IMG/VR virus record: IMGVR_UViG_2721755758_000001
Coordinates: 8,709 to 72,708 of that record
Length of the DNA: 64,000 nt
Source: a virus
Taxonomy: Duplodnaviria > Caudoviricetes
Reading direction: 5' to 3' (one strand)
Shown: piece by piece, positions 37,560 through 47,074 of the stretch
Numbering within the stretch: the first letter of the stretch is position 1
How the letters are laid out: the number at the start of each line of letters is the position of its first letter
Made by a program: the position numbers and the translations under genes
Notes under the pieces: model-generated
The model's database searches: none
What the model saw: the letters and a program-made list of their open reading frames with translations, nothing else
What the model was told of the DNA's origin: nothing

Positions 37560-40391
37560 ATGCCAGATATATATGATATTCAAAGAGAAAAAATAACTAA
37601 AAAATGTTTTGATGCAATATTAAAAGAAGATATATCATTTTTACCTCAAAAATTTAATTCAGATTATTATAAATGTTTATCAGATGTTTCCGAGAAAATA
37701 ATTAATATATTTAATAATTCAAGTAATGCGGTTCAAACAAACACAATAAATTTAAATAATGGATGGGATTTTAAGAAATACGGTGATACTTCTACAGTAA
37801 AAATTAATTTACCCCATCAATACGATAATCCTAGAGATAGATCATCAGTATTAAAAGGTAAAACTATTTATAGTAAGAATTTATTTATAAGTGATATAAA
37901 TAAAGATAGTTTTAAATATTACTTACAGATAAATTCTGCATCGTTTAAATCAGAAATCTTTGTAAATGATATAAGTATTTTAACTCACAACGGAAGTTAT
38001 GAAAATTTTTTTGCTGATGTGACAAGTAATATTACAAGTGGTACTAATACAATTAGAATAGAGATTGATAATAGTAATACAGGTAAAAACATTATTCCGT
38101 TAGAAGCTGATTTTAGTTTTGTAAATGGAATATTTAGAGATGTAAATTTAATTAAATTAAGTGATGTTTATTATAGTTTTGATGTATATGGCTCAACAAG
38201 AACAATGATTGAAACAAGTAATATTACAGTAGATTCAGCTGATTTAAAAGTAAAAACAGTAATTAAAAATATCAGCGGAAAGAATAAGAATTTAAAAGTA
38301 GTATATAGTATTTTTTGCAATAAGAAAAGGATTGACACTCATTCTGATAGTTTTGAAATGATTGATTCCGAGATACAAGTTGAGCAGAAGTTTACAATAT
38401 TGAATCCAGAAATATGGGATGGATTAAAAAAAGGAAATTTATATAATATTCAGATATGTTTATACGACAGTGAAAAACACGTTGATACAATTAATACTAG
38501 TACTGGATTTAGGACGGTATCTTCAAATAAAGATGGATTTATATTAAATGGAAAGACATATCCGTTAAGAGGTATAAATAGACATGCAGAAAATGAATTA
38601 AACGGATTTGCAATTACAAAAGCAGATCATGATACAGATTTTGAAATGATAAAAGAACTTGGTGTAAACGCTATAAGGTTGGCTCATTATCCTCAAGATA
38701 GATATTTTATAGATAAATGCAATGAATACGGAATAGTAATTTATATTGAAATTCCTTGGGTTAATTTATATCCTTCTACTGATATAAATGATGATTTAAG
38801 TAATAATATTAGATTTCAATTTAAAGAGATGATAAAAGAATACTATAATTATCCATGCATCTGTTTTTGGGGAATGCACAATGAACTTACAAATGATAAT
38901 AATAGTAGTGGAACTAAATTGATAAATTATACATTGTGTAAACAATTGAATAATGAGTTATATACATATGCAAAAAATAATGGAGGAAATAGATTAGTTG
39001 GATATGCAACAATAGATAAAACTACTCATGAAAAAGAAGCAGGATTAAATGGAGATTATTATGGAACTAATGTTTATTTTGGATGGTATAACACTGATAA
39101 AATAAAAAATATAAGTGAATATTTAGATTTAAAGCATGCAACAACTAATGATTTAATAATATTTACAGAATATGGAGCGGGTTCTAATGCAATGCAATTC
39201 AATTTGGACATAGAAACATTAAATTGGGGAGGAATATCTAAAGATTCTAATTTTTCCGCCAATGGTAATTATCATCCCCAAGAGTATCAATGCCTTATTC
39301 ATGAAGGATATTTAAAATCATTCTTAGATAGAAATTATATAAATACTTTTGCTTGGGTTTTTTCAGACTTTGCAGTAAGTTTTAGAAACGAAGGTTCTCA
39401 AAAGGCTTTAAATGATAAGGGATTTGTTACTAGGGATAGAAAAATAAAAAAAGATGTATTTTATTTATATAAAGCATTCTTAAATAAAAATGATAAATTT
39501 GTTCATATAAATCAAAAAGACTTCAATATAAGAGAAAATAAAAATAATACAACTAATTTAACCGTTTATAGTAACTGCGATTTTGTGACTCTTATTAAAG
39601 ACAATAAAATAATAGATAAACAAATTGCAGATATTAATTTAGGAATAAAATTTACATTTAAAGATGTTTATCTAGAAATTGGGAATAACGATTTTACTGT
39701 TTGTGGATATATTAATGGAATAAAAGAAGCAGAAGATAAAATAGAAGTAAAAAGAAAAAGCTGTATAGTAAACAAAACTGTTGAAATAGGTATGGGTAAT
39801 ACAACTAATGGAAACATAACATACATAAAAAACAAAGTAGATAATACTATTATAGGAATGGGAAATAAATTAGATTTTGAGACTCCATATATTAAAATAA
39901 ATTCTAATAGTAAAACAGAAGGATATATATTATTAAATAATTTAAATTTAATATCTACAGGTTGGTCAATGTATATAAATGGGGCATTTTATCCGGATCC
40001 AAACTCAAATACTAAAAGAATTTTTTCTGACTCTAATAATGAAATTTTAGAATTTTATAGAATAAACAATGATGTTAATACTTCTACTAATGAATATAAA
40101 ATAAGTTATCATGGTGTAGATTTACGGTTAACATCTGAAGCAACAACAATTATCGAAAAAAGAGAGCTGTTGAAATTGGTAATAACTTTTGATGGAAAAT
40201 CATTAAAGGTGTATATAAATGGAGTTTTGAATGCGTCAAAAGAAGTTATATTAATATCTGGAGAATATTTCAAAATAAACAATTTAATGTTTGGCAATAG
40301 ATATGACTTATCAAGATCATATAATTTAAAGTTTAGCACACTTCAGTTTTATGATGGAGCCTTAACACAAGAAGAGATAAATAATTTATAA
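37560..40391 (+). CDS. GH2 beta-galactosidase/glucuronidase-like enzyme with C-terminal LamG domain
   Basis: GIFRDV, LRGINRH, NAIRLAHYPQ, WGMHNE, FTEYG; LamG LVITFDGKSLKVYING..YDGALTQEEI. Confidence 0.9.
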   Translation: MPDIYDIQREKITKKCFDAILKEDISFLPQKFNSDYYKCLSDVSEKIINIFNNSSNAVQTNTINLNNGWDFKKYGDTSTVKINLPHQYDNPRDRSSVLKGKTIYSKNLFISDINKDSFKYYLQINSASFKSEIFVNDISILTHNGSYENFFADVTSNITSGTNTIRIEIDNSNTGKNIIPLEADFSFVNGIFRDVNLIKLSDVYYSFDVYGSTRTMIETSNITVDSADLKVKTVIKNISGKNKNLKVVYSIFCNKKRIDTHSDSFEMIDSEIQVEQKFTILNPEIWDGLKKGNLYNIQICLYDSEKHVDTINTSTGFRTVSSNKDGFILNGKTYPLRGINRHAENELNGFAITKADHDTDFEMIKELGVNAIRLAHYPQDRYFIDKCNEYGIVIYIEIPWVNLYPSTDINDDLSNNIRFQFKEMIKEYYNYPCICFWGMHNELTNDNNSSGTKLINYTLCKQLNNELYTYAKNNGGNRLVGYATIDKTTHEKEAGLNGDYYGTNVYFGWYNTDKIKNISEYLDLKHATTNDLIIFTEYGAGSNAMQFNLDIETLNWGGISKDSNFSANGNYHPQEYQCLIHEGYLKSFLDRNYINTFAWVFSDFAVSFRNEGSQKALNDKGFVTRDRKIKKDVFYLYKAFLNKNDKFVHINQKDFNIRENKNNTTNLTVYSNCDFVTLIKDNKIIDKQIADINLGIKFTFKDVYLEIGNNDFTVCGYINGIKEAEDKIEVKRKSCIVNKTVEIGMGNTTNGNITYIKNKVDNTIIGMGNKLDFETPYIKINSNSKTEGYILLNNLNLISTGWSMYINGAFYPDPNSNTKRIFSDSNNEILEFYRINNDVNTSTNEYKISYHGVDLRLTSEATTIIEKRELLKLVITFDGKSLKVYINGVLNASKEVILISGEYFKINNLMFGNRYDLSRSYNLKFSTLQFYDGALTQEEINNL

Positions 40392-40407
40392 AAATAATGA
40401 ATATTAC

Positions 40408-40452
40408 TCCTCCTAAAATACTATTTATAAAATAAATAGTATTTTAGGAGGA
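40408..40452. promoter_or_regulatory. Perfect 21-bp inverted repeat covering acyltransferase RBS
   Basis: TCCTCCTAAAATACTATTTAT-AAA-ATAAATAGTATTTTAGGAGGA. Confidence 0.8.
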
Positions 40453-40459
40453 AATTATT

Positions 40460-41461
40460 GTGGATAAAAGAGTGGATTGGATTGATATAAGCAAAGGAAT
40501 AGGAATAATAGTTATGATTTGTGGTCATATCGGAATGCCAAGTATTCTGGATTTATATATCCATGCTTGGCATATGCCTATATTTTTTATATTATCTGGA
40601 TATTTATTTAAAGAATATGATGTAATTTCTTTAATAAAGAAAAAATCAAAATCATTATTAATTCCCTATTTAAGTTTTGGATTCATATTATATTTTTTTA
40701 GTATAGTTAAAAATTGTTTTAAACATAATATAGATTTATTTCAACAACTAATTGATTTATTTACTTATAATACTGTTGGGAATTTACCTTTTGGCAATGT
40801 ATTATGGTTTCTAACTAGTTTGTTTTTTGTTGAGATTATATTTGGGATACTTAAAAAATATATAAAAAAAGATTTAGAATTATTTATAGTAATAATGTTT
40901 ATTTGTATTATAGGCTGGTTATTTAGTTTATTTAATATAAGATTTATGTGGGGATTAGACTCAGCATTAACATCCATTGGGTTTTACTATTTTGGTTATA
41001 TCATAAAGAAAAATGATAAATTTATAAGAACTAATAAAATATTTATAAGAGTTCCCACATTATTTATATTAACATCATTAAGTATATTCATAAATGGAGA
41101 AGTTAATGTTAGAACAACTATATACAATAATTTGTTATTATTTTATATAAATGCAATATTAACAAGTATTATGATATTTACGATAGTAAAATACATTGAA
41201 AAGAAAGGAATATTTGAAAAAATAAAAAAAGGTATAATATACATTGGGAAAAATTCATTGATATTTATGTGTTTAAATCAATTAATTATATATATATCCG
41301 GATTAGGACTAAATATTGTATTTTCTAATCAAATATTTATCAGAATAATAACTTTAATAATTTCAATATTAATTCTAAGTATATTATCAAATATTATAAA
41401 TTTAAAATTTAAATTTATAATAGGTAAATCTAATTTAAATATATCCGTTTTTCAAAATTAA
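40460..41461 (+). CDS. Acyltransferase-3 family membrane O-acyltransferase (moron)
   Basis: R.DWIDISKGIGI....GH, HMPIFFILSG, SLLIPY, LWFL; about 10 TM segments. Confidence 0.9.
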   Translation: MDKRVDWIDISKGIGIIVMICGHIGMPSILDLYIHAWHMPIFFILSGYLFKEYDVISLIKKKSKSLLIPYLSFGFILYFFSIVKNCFKHNIDLFQQLIDLFTYNTVGNLPFGNVLWFLTSLFFVEIIFGILKKYIKKDLELFIVIMFICIIGWLFSLFNIRFMWGLDSALTSIGFYYFGYIIKKNDKFIRTNKIFIRVPTLFILTSLSIFINGEVNVRTTIYNNLLLFYINAILTSIMIFTIVKYIEKKGIFEKIKKGIIYIGKNSLIFMCLNQLIIYISGLGLNIVFSNQIFIRIITLIISILILSILSNIINLKFKFIIGKSNLNISVFQN

Positions 41462-41468
41462 TATATTA

Positions 41469-41520
41469 ATAAAAAATGTATAAATATCAAATAAAAATAA
41501 AAGAAATTAAATAGTAAAAT
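41469..41520 (+). promoter_or_regulatory. Putative activator-dependent late promoter
   Basis: ATAAAAAATGT ATAAATATCAA ATAAAAA, then TAAAAT at 41515. Confidence 0.5.
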
Positions 41521-41528
41521 TATATTAT

Positions 41529-41558
41529 AAGCAAGTGCAATTATGTGCTTGCTTTTTT
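41529..41558 (+). terminator. Intrinsic terminator
   Basis: AAGCAAG...CTTGCTT plus T tract. Confidence 0.65.
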
Positions 41559-41580
41559 ATTTAAAAAAGGAGGAAATTAC

Positions 41581-42672
41581 ATGGCAAATTTACCTTTAGA
41601 CGGAATAGTAGATGTAAAAATTTCTATAGGTCCAGTTAATAAAGTGCGTTCTAACTTTAATTTAGGACTTGTTATAGGGAAAAGCACACACATATCTACA
41701 GAAGATAGAATTAAAATATATAGTTCACTAGAAAGTATGAAAATAGATGGGTTTTTAGAAACAGAACCTGAATATATAGCTGCTAATATATATTTTTCAC
41801 AATCTCCATCTCCAAGCAGAGTTGCAATAGGCAGAAGAGGAACAGATGAAACTGCAACTGAAGCTGTATCTCAATGTAGAAATAAGAATACCGAATGGTA
41901 TGGGGCTACATTATGTGATGCTACAGATGCTGAAATAGAAGAAGTCGCAAAATATATTGAAAGTTGCAAATTAAAATCTTTATTTTTCTATACAACTAAC
42001 AGTGCTGATGTTTTAGCAGGAACAAAAGGAAACATAGCAGAGAAATTAAAAACTGCTGGTTATGGAAGAACACATGGAATATATTCGACTACATTATATG
42101 CAGTTGCAAGTCCTATGGCGTATGTAATGGCTCACAGTGAAAAAGCCTTTGATATAGCATATAAATCTATGCCAGGAATAACAGTTGAGGATATCCAAGA
42201 ACAACAGACAACATTATTTGAAAATAATTACATCAACTACTTTGTTAATCGTGGTAATTCTTACAATCTTTATGAAATGGGTACAATGTCTAACGGAACT
42301 TTCGTTGATGAAGTAGTTCAATTAGATATGTTACAAGAACAAATACAGTCGGCGATTCTTAATGTAATGACTTCTGATGATAAAATTTCGCAAACAGATG
42401 ATGGAGTTGAAGTATATAATACAGCTATAACTGGAGTACTAGACAAATTTGTAGAAAGTAAATTTATTTCACCTGGAATTTGGACCGGAAATACTATTTT
42501 AGGGATAAAAACAGGAACTATGTTAGCAAAAGGATACTTGATCTTAAATAGTTCTATTAGTGACCAAACACAATCGGATAGAGAACAAAGAAAAGCACCT
42601 GATACTTATGTGTTGTTGAAGCTTGCTGGCTCAATTCAACATTTATCTGTTGGTGTTTATGTTAATAGATAG
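41581..42672 (+). CDS. Tail sheath protein (DUF3383)
   Basis: IVDVKI..PEY.AA..YFSQSP, ISQTDDG, QSDREQRKAP, AGSIQ. Confidence 0.9.
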   Translation: MANLPLDGIVDVKISIGPVNKVRSNFNLGLVIGKSTHISTEDRIKIYSSLESMKIDGFLETEPEYIAANIYFSQSPSPSRVAIGRRGTDETATEAVSQCRNKNTEWYGATLCDATDAEIEEVAKYIESCKLKSLFFYTTNSADVLAGTKGNIAEKLKTAGYGRTHGIYSTTLYAVASPMAYVMAHSEKAFDIAYKSMPGITVEDIQEQQTTLFENNYINYFVNRGNSYNLYEMGTMSNGTFVDEVVQLDMLQEQIQSAILNVMTSDDKISQTDDGVEVYNTAITGVLDKFVESKFISPGIWTGNTILGIKTGTMLAKGYLILNSSISDQTQSDREQRKAPDTYVLLKLAGSIQHLSVGVYVNR

Positions 42673-42683
42673 GAGGTAGAAAT

Positions 42684-43115
42684 ATGTCAACAACAACTTA
42701 TAGTTTTGAAGATGTAATATGCACGCTCAATCACTCTTCAATTGGAAGCAAAAGTACAAAAGGAGAAGGGCTTGGAAGTATAACTATAGCAATGGCTAAT
42801 GATAGAACTGTACATGATACAGCAAGTGATGGTTCAATAATGATTACAAAGAAAATAAGTAAAAATGGTACTATTGTAATTGATATGCAACAGACATCTC
42901 AACTTCATAAATGGTTACTAAAAGCTTACAATTATCTAGATAATGCAGCTACCTCCGAGTGGGCTTTGATGACTGTAACTGTAGTATCTAAAGAATTAGA
43001 AGAAAATACTACTTGCACAAATGTTGCTTTTCAAAAGATAGCTGAGAAACCATATCAAGCAGAAGGTCAACACGTTTCATGGACATTGATGGCTGCTAAG
43101 ATAGTTCAAGAATAG
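42684..43115 (+). CDS. Tail tube protein
   Basis: YSFEDV..G.GSITI.M..DGS..QQTS; follows sheath. Confidence 0.85.
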   Translation: MSTTTYSFEDVICTLNHSSIGSKSTKGEGLGSITIAMANDRTVHDTASDGSIMITKKISKNGTIVIDMQQTSQLHKWLLKAYNYLDNAATSEWALMTVTVVSKELEENTTCTNVAFQKIAEKPYQAEGQHVSWTLMAAKIVQE

Positions 43116-43125
43116 GGAGGGTTTT

Positions 43126-43563
43126 ATGGATATACCAGTTTTTTTCAAGGATATAAAAATTGAGGACAGAATTTTTAGAGTAAAAAAATTTAATGCTATA
43201 ACAGGATGCTATATAGCATTTAAAATAGCTGGATTATTAGCAAATTCATTTAAGAATATGAATAAAGATTTTAAGATGGAAGATTTAGATTATACACAAT
43301 TATTTTCTTCTATCTTTTCTTTGTCTAAAGAAGATTTTGAATATATTCAAAAGTCGTGTTTACATATAACATATGAAGTCCTTCCAGCTGGAGAAGCACA
43401 AGTTTTAGCTGAAAACGGAGAATTTGGAACATCTAAAGCAGAAGAGGATAAATGTAACACTGCATTAATAATGAATTTAACTATACAGTCGCTTTGGTTT
43501 AATTTAGAGAGTTTTTTCGCAGGAAGCAACTTGAGTTCGCTCCTAGAAGGTGTCCTTTCATAG
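43126..43563 (+). CDS. Tail assembly chaperone (G)
   Basis: Between tube and TMP; slippery T TTT TTC near end. Confidence 0.8.
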   Translation: MDIPVFFKDIKIEDRIFRVKKFNAITGCYIAFKIAGLLANSFKNMNKDFKMEDLDYTQLFSSIFSLSKEDFEYIQKSCLHITYEVLPAGEAQVLAENGEFGTSKAEEDKCNTALIMNLTIQSLWFNLESFFAGSNLSSLLEGVLS

Positions 43564-43751
43564 TTGCAAAATTAAAGAATATAGATGCTTTTCTTTATGC
43601 ACCAGTTATGGCTGGAATGTGGAAGCAACATGAAGTGTGGGATGGAACATATTCTTTTGACGATTTATTAAATGCACATGAAATGATTGATGTAAGAAAT
43701 GAAAATGAAGCTAGATCAATAGATAACTCTAGAATGGAAGGAGGAGTATAA
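43512..43751 (+). CDS. -1 frameshift extension of tail assembly chaperone (GT)
   Basis: -1 frame open from slippery site to TAA 43749-51: ..FLYAPVMAGMWKQHEVWDGTYSFDDLLNAHEMIDV.. Confidence 0.75.
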   Translation, partial: FFRRKQLEFAPRRCPFIVAKLKNIDAFLYAPVMAGMWKQHEVWDGTYSFDDLLNAHEMIDVRNENEARSIDNSRMEGGV

Positions 43752-45485
43752 ATGGCTGGATTTGATATAATTAAACAATATTTAATTAGCATAGGATTTA
43801 ATCTTGATGAAAACAGTATGAGTAATGCTGAAAATAAAATGAATCTTGCTGATAAAAAAATAAGAGATTCCCAAAAGCAAAACCAACAAGAATTCAATAA
43901 TAGTTCGAATGTGCTAAAAGGATTATTTGAATTAATTTCTGCATCTCCTCAAATGAGAAATTTTATTCCTTCTAGCATAAGAGGAGATCTTACTGATATA
44001 TTAAAAAAAATAAATCAAATAAATAATTTAGATTTGAATAACGTATTATCTAAATTATTTCCTCCTAAATCAGATACAGAGCCAAATGAAACGTTAGAAC
44101 GTATAAAGAATGGTATAAGTAAATTTACGGATCAAGGCAGTAAAGATATGCTGAAATTTAGTGGCACATCTATAATGGCATTTACCAGTATAGCAATAGC
44201 TTTAAAAGGATATGTATCTTTAATCGAGTGGACTATATCTCTTCTTAAGGATTTATCTGAAAAGGATATTGGATACGAAAAACTTAGTAGGCAGTTATGG
44301 ATAACTAAAGAAAATGCAAGAGAAGTTAATAAAGCATTAGATACAATGGGAGTAAGCTTAGAAGATTTATGGCTTTCTCCTACTCTTCTTAAGCAATTTA
44401 ATCAATTAAGGCAAGATTCTAAGGATTTAAAACTTCCAGATGATTATAATAAAAATCTTAAAATTGTTCAGCAAATAAGTACAGAGTTTGCAAGAACTAA
44501 GCAAATGGGATCTATAGCTTTCGAGTGGGTTGGAAATTCTATAATGAAAAATTGTAGAGGTCCACTTGAAGAGATAATGGGAATGATGCATCAAGGAAAC
44601 ACGTGGTTAAAGGATAAATTGCCCGGATTAGCTGATTCAGCAGGTAACTATATAGGAAATGTAATAAAGCCATTAGCTGATGGAATATATGTTGCCTTTA
44701 AGTTAGGGGAAAAAGCAAAAAATTTATATAATGAAATCAAAAATAAAATTGGTGGTAATGATACAGCTAAAAAAGTATTTGATGATATTAATAAAGGCAT
44801 AAAAACTATAAAAAATAATTTTATAAATCTTACTATGCCTTTTGTTAAGCCATTTAAACTTGCAATTCTAACAGTAGAAGATTTAGCATCGTATTTTAGA
44901 ACAGGAAAGTCTCCTATGATGGATTTCTTTAGTGGTATAGGTGATAAGTTATCGGATTGTAAAGAACGGATTAACAATATAAAAGAGGACGTATCCAATT
45001 GGTATGATGATTCTTCTTTTAAAAAATCAATAGATAATATAGAAGAATGGATAAATAGTGGATTAGATAAAATAAATGAATACATAGATAAAATAAAAGA
45101 AAAGTTATCTATAAAGCTTCCTAGTTTGAAATTAAATAGTAACTCAAAAGAAAATGATAGCAATAGTGATAATAATTCAAATGGATGGAGTTTGAATTTA
45201 GGAGAAATAGGAAGTCAGATTAAGAAAGCCTTTTCTGATTCTATGCTTTTAGTATCTTCTCCAGGATTATATACTGCGAAAAAGAGTTATGATGCATACC
45301 AATCATATCAAGGTTATAGTAATAGTAGCACTACCAATAACACAAAGCAAGATAATAGTAAGACTAATAGTGAAAATACTGTGACTAATTATAATAGTTT
45401 TACTGTTAGTGGTAGCGATGCAGGAAGTAATGCTAGAGCAATCGGAACAACTATGAATAGCATTCTTACTCGTAGTTTGGGGTAG
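43752..45485 (+). CDS. Tape measure protein
   Basis: IIKQYLISIGF N-terminus, helical body with hydrophobic patches; position. Confidence 0.8.
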   Translation: MAGFDIIKQYLISIGFNLDENSMSNAENKMNLADKKIRDSQKQNQQEFNNSSNVLKGLFELISASPQMRNFIPSSIRGDLTDILKKINQINNLDLNNVLSKLFPPKSDTEPNETLERIKNGISKFTDQGSKDMLKFSGTSIMAFTSIAIALKGYVSLIEWTISLLKDLSEKDIGYEKLSRQLWITKENAREVNKALDTMGVSLEDLWLSPTLLKQFNQLRQDSKDLKLPDDYNKNLKIVQQISTEFARTKQMGSIAFEWVGNSIMKNCRGPLEEIMGMMHQGNTWLKDKLPGLADSAGNYIGNVIKPLADGIYVAFKLGEKAKNLYNEIKNKIGGNDTAKKVFDDINKGIKTIKNNFINLTMPFVKPFKLAILTVEDLASYFRTGKSPMMDFFSGIGDKLSDCKERINNIKEDVSNWYDDSSFKKSIDNIEEWINSGLDKINEYIDKIKEKLSIKLPSLKLNSNSKENDSNSDNNSNGWSLNLGEIGSQIKKAFSDSMLLVSSPGLYTAKKSYDAYQSYQGYSNSSTTNNTKQDNSKTNSENTVTNYNSFTVSGSDAGSNARAIGTTMNSILTRSLG

Positions 45486-45496
45486 GTGAGCTTATT

Positions 45497-46042
45497 ATGA
45501 AAGAAGAAATAGTAAAAACTTATTTTAGTTCAGTACGTGGAAATTATTATTTTGATGCGATATTTTCAACGCAAATATCATCGACAAATACAATAACAAG
45601 TCATCCGATTCAAACAGGAGCAAATATATCAGATCACGCTATAGAAAATGGAGATGAACTAACATTTCAAATTGGTATGAGTGATGTTATGGAAAAAATT
45701 AATACTAGTGTAGCATACACAGGAGATAGTACACGTAGTATAAATGCTTATAATGCTATAAAACAATTAAAGAAGGATAGATTACCTATTACAGTTATAA
45801 ATAAATTCGGAACGTTTAATAACTTAATAATTCAATCTTTAGTTGTAGAGGATAATGATAATACTGTTACTTCACTCCGAGCCACTGTTGTATTGAAAGA
45901 AATTTTTGTTGTCAATGTTGAAGCCGTAAAAGTATCTGCTAGGCCAGAAATAACAGATAGTACAAATGAAGGAAGTCAGAATTCTCAAAAATCAGAATAT
46001 GATGATTTACAAAGCAAATGGAAAGAAATTTTAGGACTATAA
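45497..46042 (+). CDS. Baseplate/tube initiator (Dit-like)
   Basis: ITSHPIQTGANISDHA. Confidence 0.8.
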   Translation: MKEEIVKTYFSSVRGNYYFDAIFSTQISSTNTITSHPIQTGANISDHAIENGDELTFQIGMSDVMEKINTSVAYTGDSTRSINAYNAIKQLKKDRLPITVINKFGTFNNLIIQSLVVEDNDNTVTSLRATVVLKEIFVVNVEAVKVSARPEITDSTNEGSQNSQKSEYDDLQSKWKEILGL

Positions 46043-46055
46043 AGGGGATGAATAA

Positions 46056-46385
46056 ATGAAATTTTATGAAATACCGTTAAGTACAAGTTTTAATCAAGAA
46101 TTTTATTCTATAATCCCTATAAATGGTGAAAATAAAAAGTTATTTTTCTTTTTGAGATATAATACAATAGCTGATTGTTGGATTATGGACATAAAAGATG
46201 AAAATAAAAAAGAATTAGTATGTAATATTAGTCTTGTGTGTGGAGTTGATTTACTTGAACAATATCAATACAAACATATAGGTCATGCATTTATATATGC
46301 ACAGGGAGAAAATTTAGATAGACCAAATAAAAATAATTTAGGGAAAAGCTACAAATTAATTTGGTATTCAGAAGAGGACTCGTAA
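46056..46385 (+). CDS. Baseplate plug-like protein
   Basis: LRYN....W.MDI...LV.GVDLLEQY...NLG. Confidence 0.7.
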   Translation: MKFYEIPLSTSFNQEFYSIIPINGENKKLFFFLRYNTIADCWIMDIKDENKKELVCNISLVCGVDLLEQYQYKHIGHAFIYAQGENLDRPNKNNLGKSYKLIWYSEEDS

Positions 46386-46400
46386 GAGTCTTCTTTTTTT
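46371..46400 (+). terminator. Intrinsic terminator-like hairpin
   Basis: GAAGAGGACTC-GTAA-GAGTCTTCTTT plus T tract. Confidence 0.65.
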
Positions 46401-46414
46401 ATATGGAGGTAATT

Positions 46415-47062
46415 ATGAGCATAGAAGAAGAAGTATGGAAATTTTTTAGAGGAAAAGGATTAGCAGAAAAAAGTGTAGCTGCAATTATGGGCAATATCTA
46501 TCAAGAATCAAAATTTGATCCTAATTTACAAGAAGTAGGTGGCCCAGCATGGGGATTGTTTCAATGGCAGAGCGATAGATTAAGCAAGTTAAAATCTTAT
46601 GGAACAGATTTAACTCACCAATTGGAATTTGCATGGTCAGAAATAGCAGGTCAGAATTTATCTGAAACTGGTGCGACATTTAACTGGATACAAAAATCTG
46701 GATATTTAATGCATAGTGATTTTATGGCTGGTAATGGCAGCATTGCTGATTTAACAGAAACATTTTGTGTTTGTTGGGAAAGAGCAGGAACTCCAATGAT
46801 GGAAGTAAGGAAACAACATGCGCAAGAATATTTCAATCAATTTACTGGAACTTCTGGAGGATATACAGATTCATCTTCAGATAAAAATACTGCATCAGAA
46901 GATGAGGTCTATAATAACGAATTATATAGGCAATTAGATAAAGAGGGTATATATAGAATATATAAGTTAGAATTTTCAGGAGATACAAGAGGTAATGATT
47001 GGTACGTTACAGCTAATGCAGTATCTCAATCCGGTGGAGTTCTTCCATTAATTAATAAATAG
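46415..47062 (+). CDS. Tail lysozyme (Phage_lysozyme2-like) fused to hub C-terminal segment
   Basis: AAIMGNIYQES, GLFQW, WER; C-terminal GIYRIYKLEFSGDTRGNDWY. Confidence 0.8.
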   Translation: MSIEEEVWKFFRGKGLAEKSVAAIMGNIYQESKFDPNLQEVGGPAWGLFQWQSDRLSKLKSYGTDLTHQLEFAWSEIAGQNLSETGATFNWIQKSGYLMHSDFMAGNGSIADLTETFCVCWERAGTPMMEVRKQHAQEYFNQFTGTSGGYTDSSSDKNTASEDEVYNNELYRQLDKEGIYRIYKLEFSGDTRGNDWYVTANAVSQSGGVLPLINK

Positions 47063-47074
47063 AGGAGCGATATT

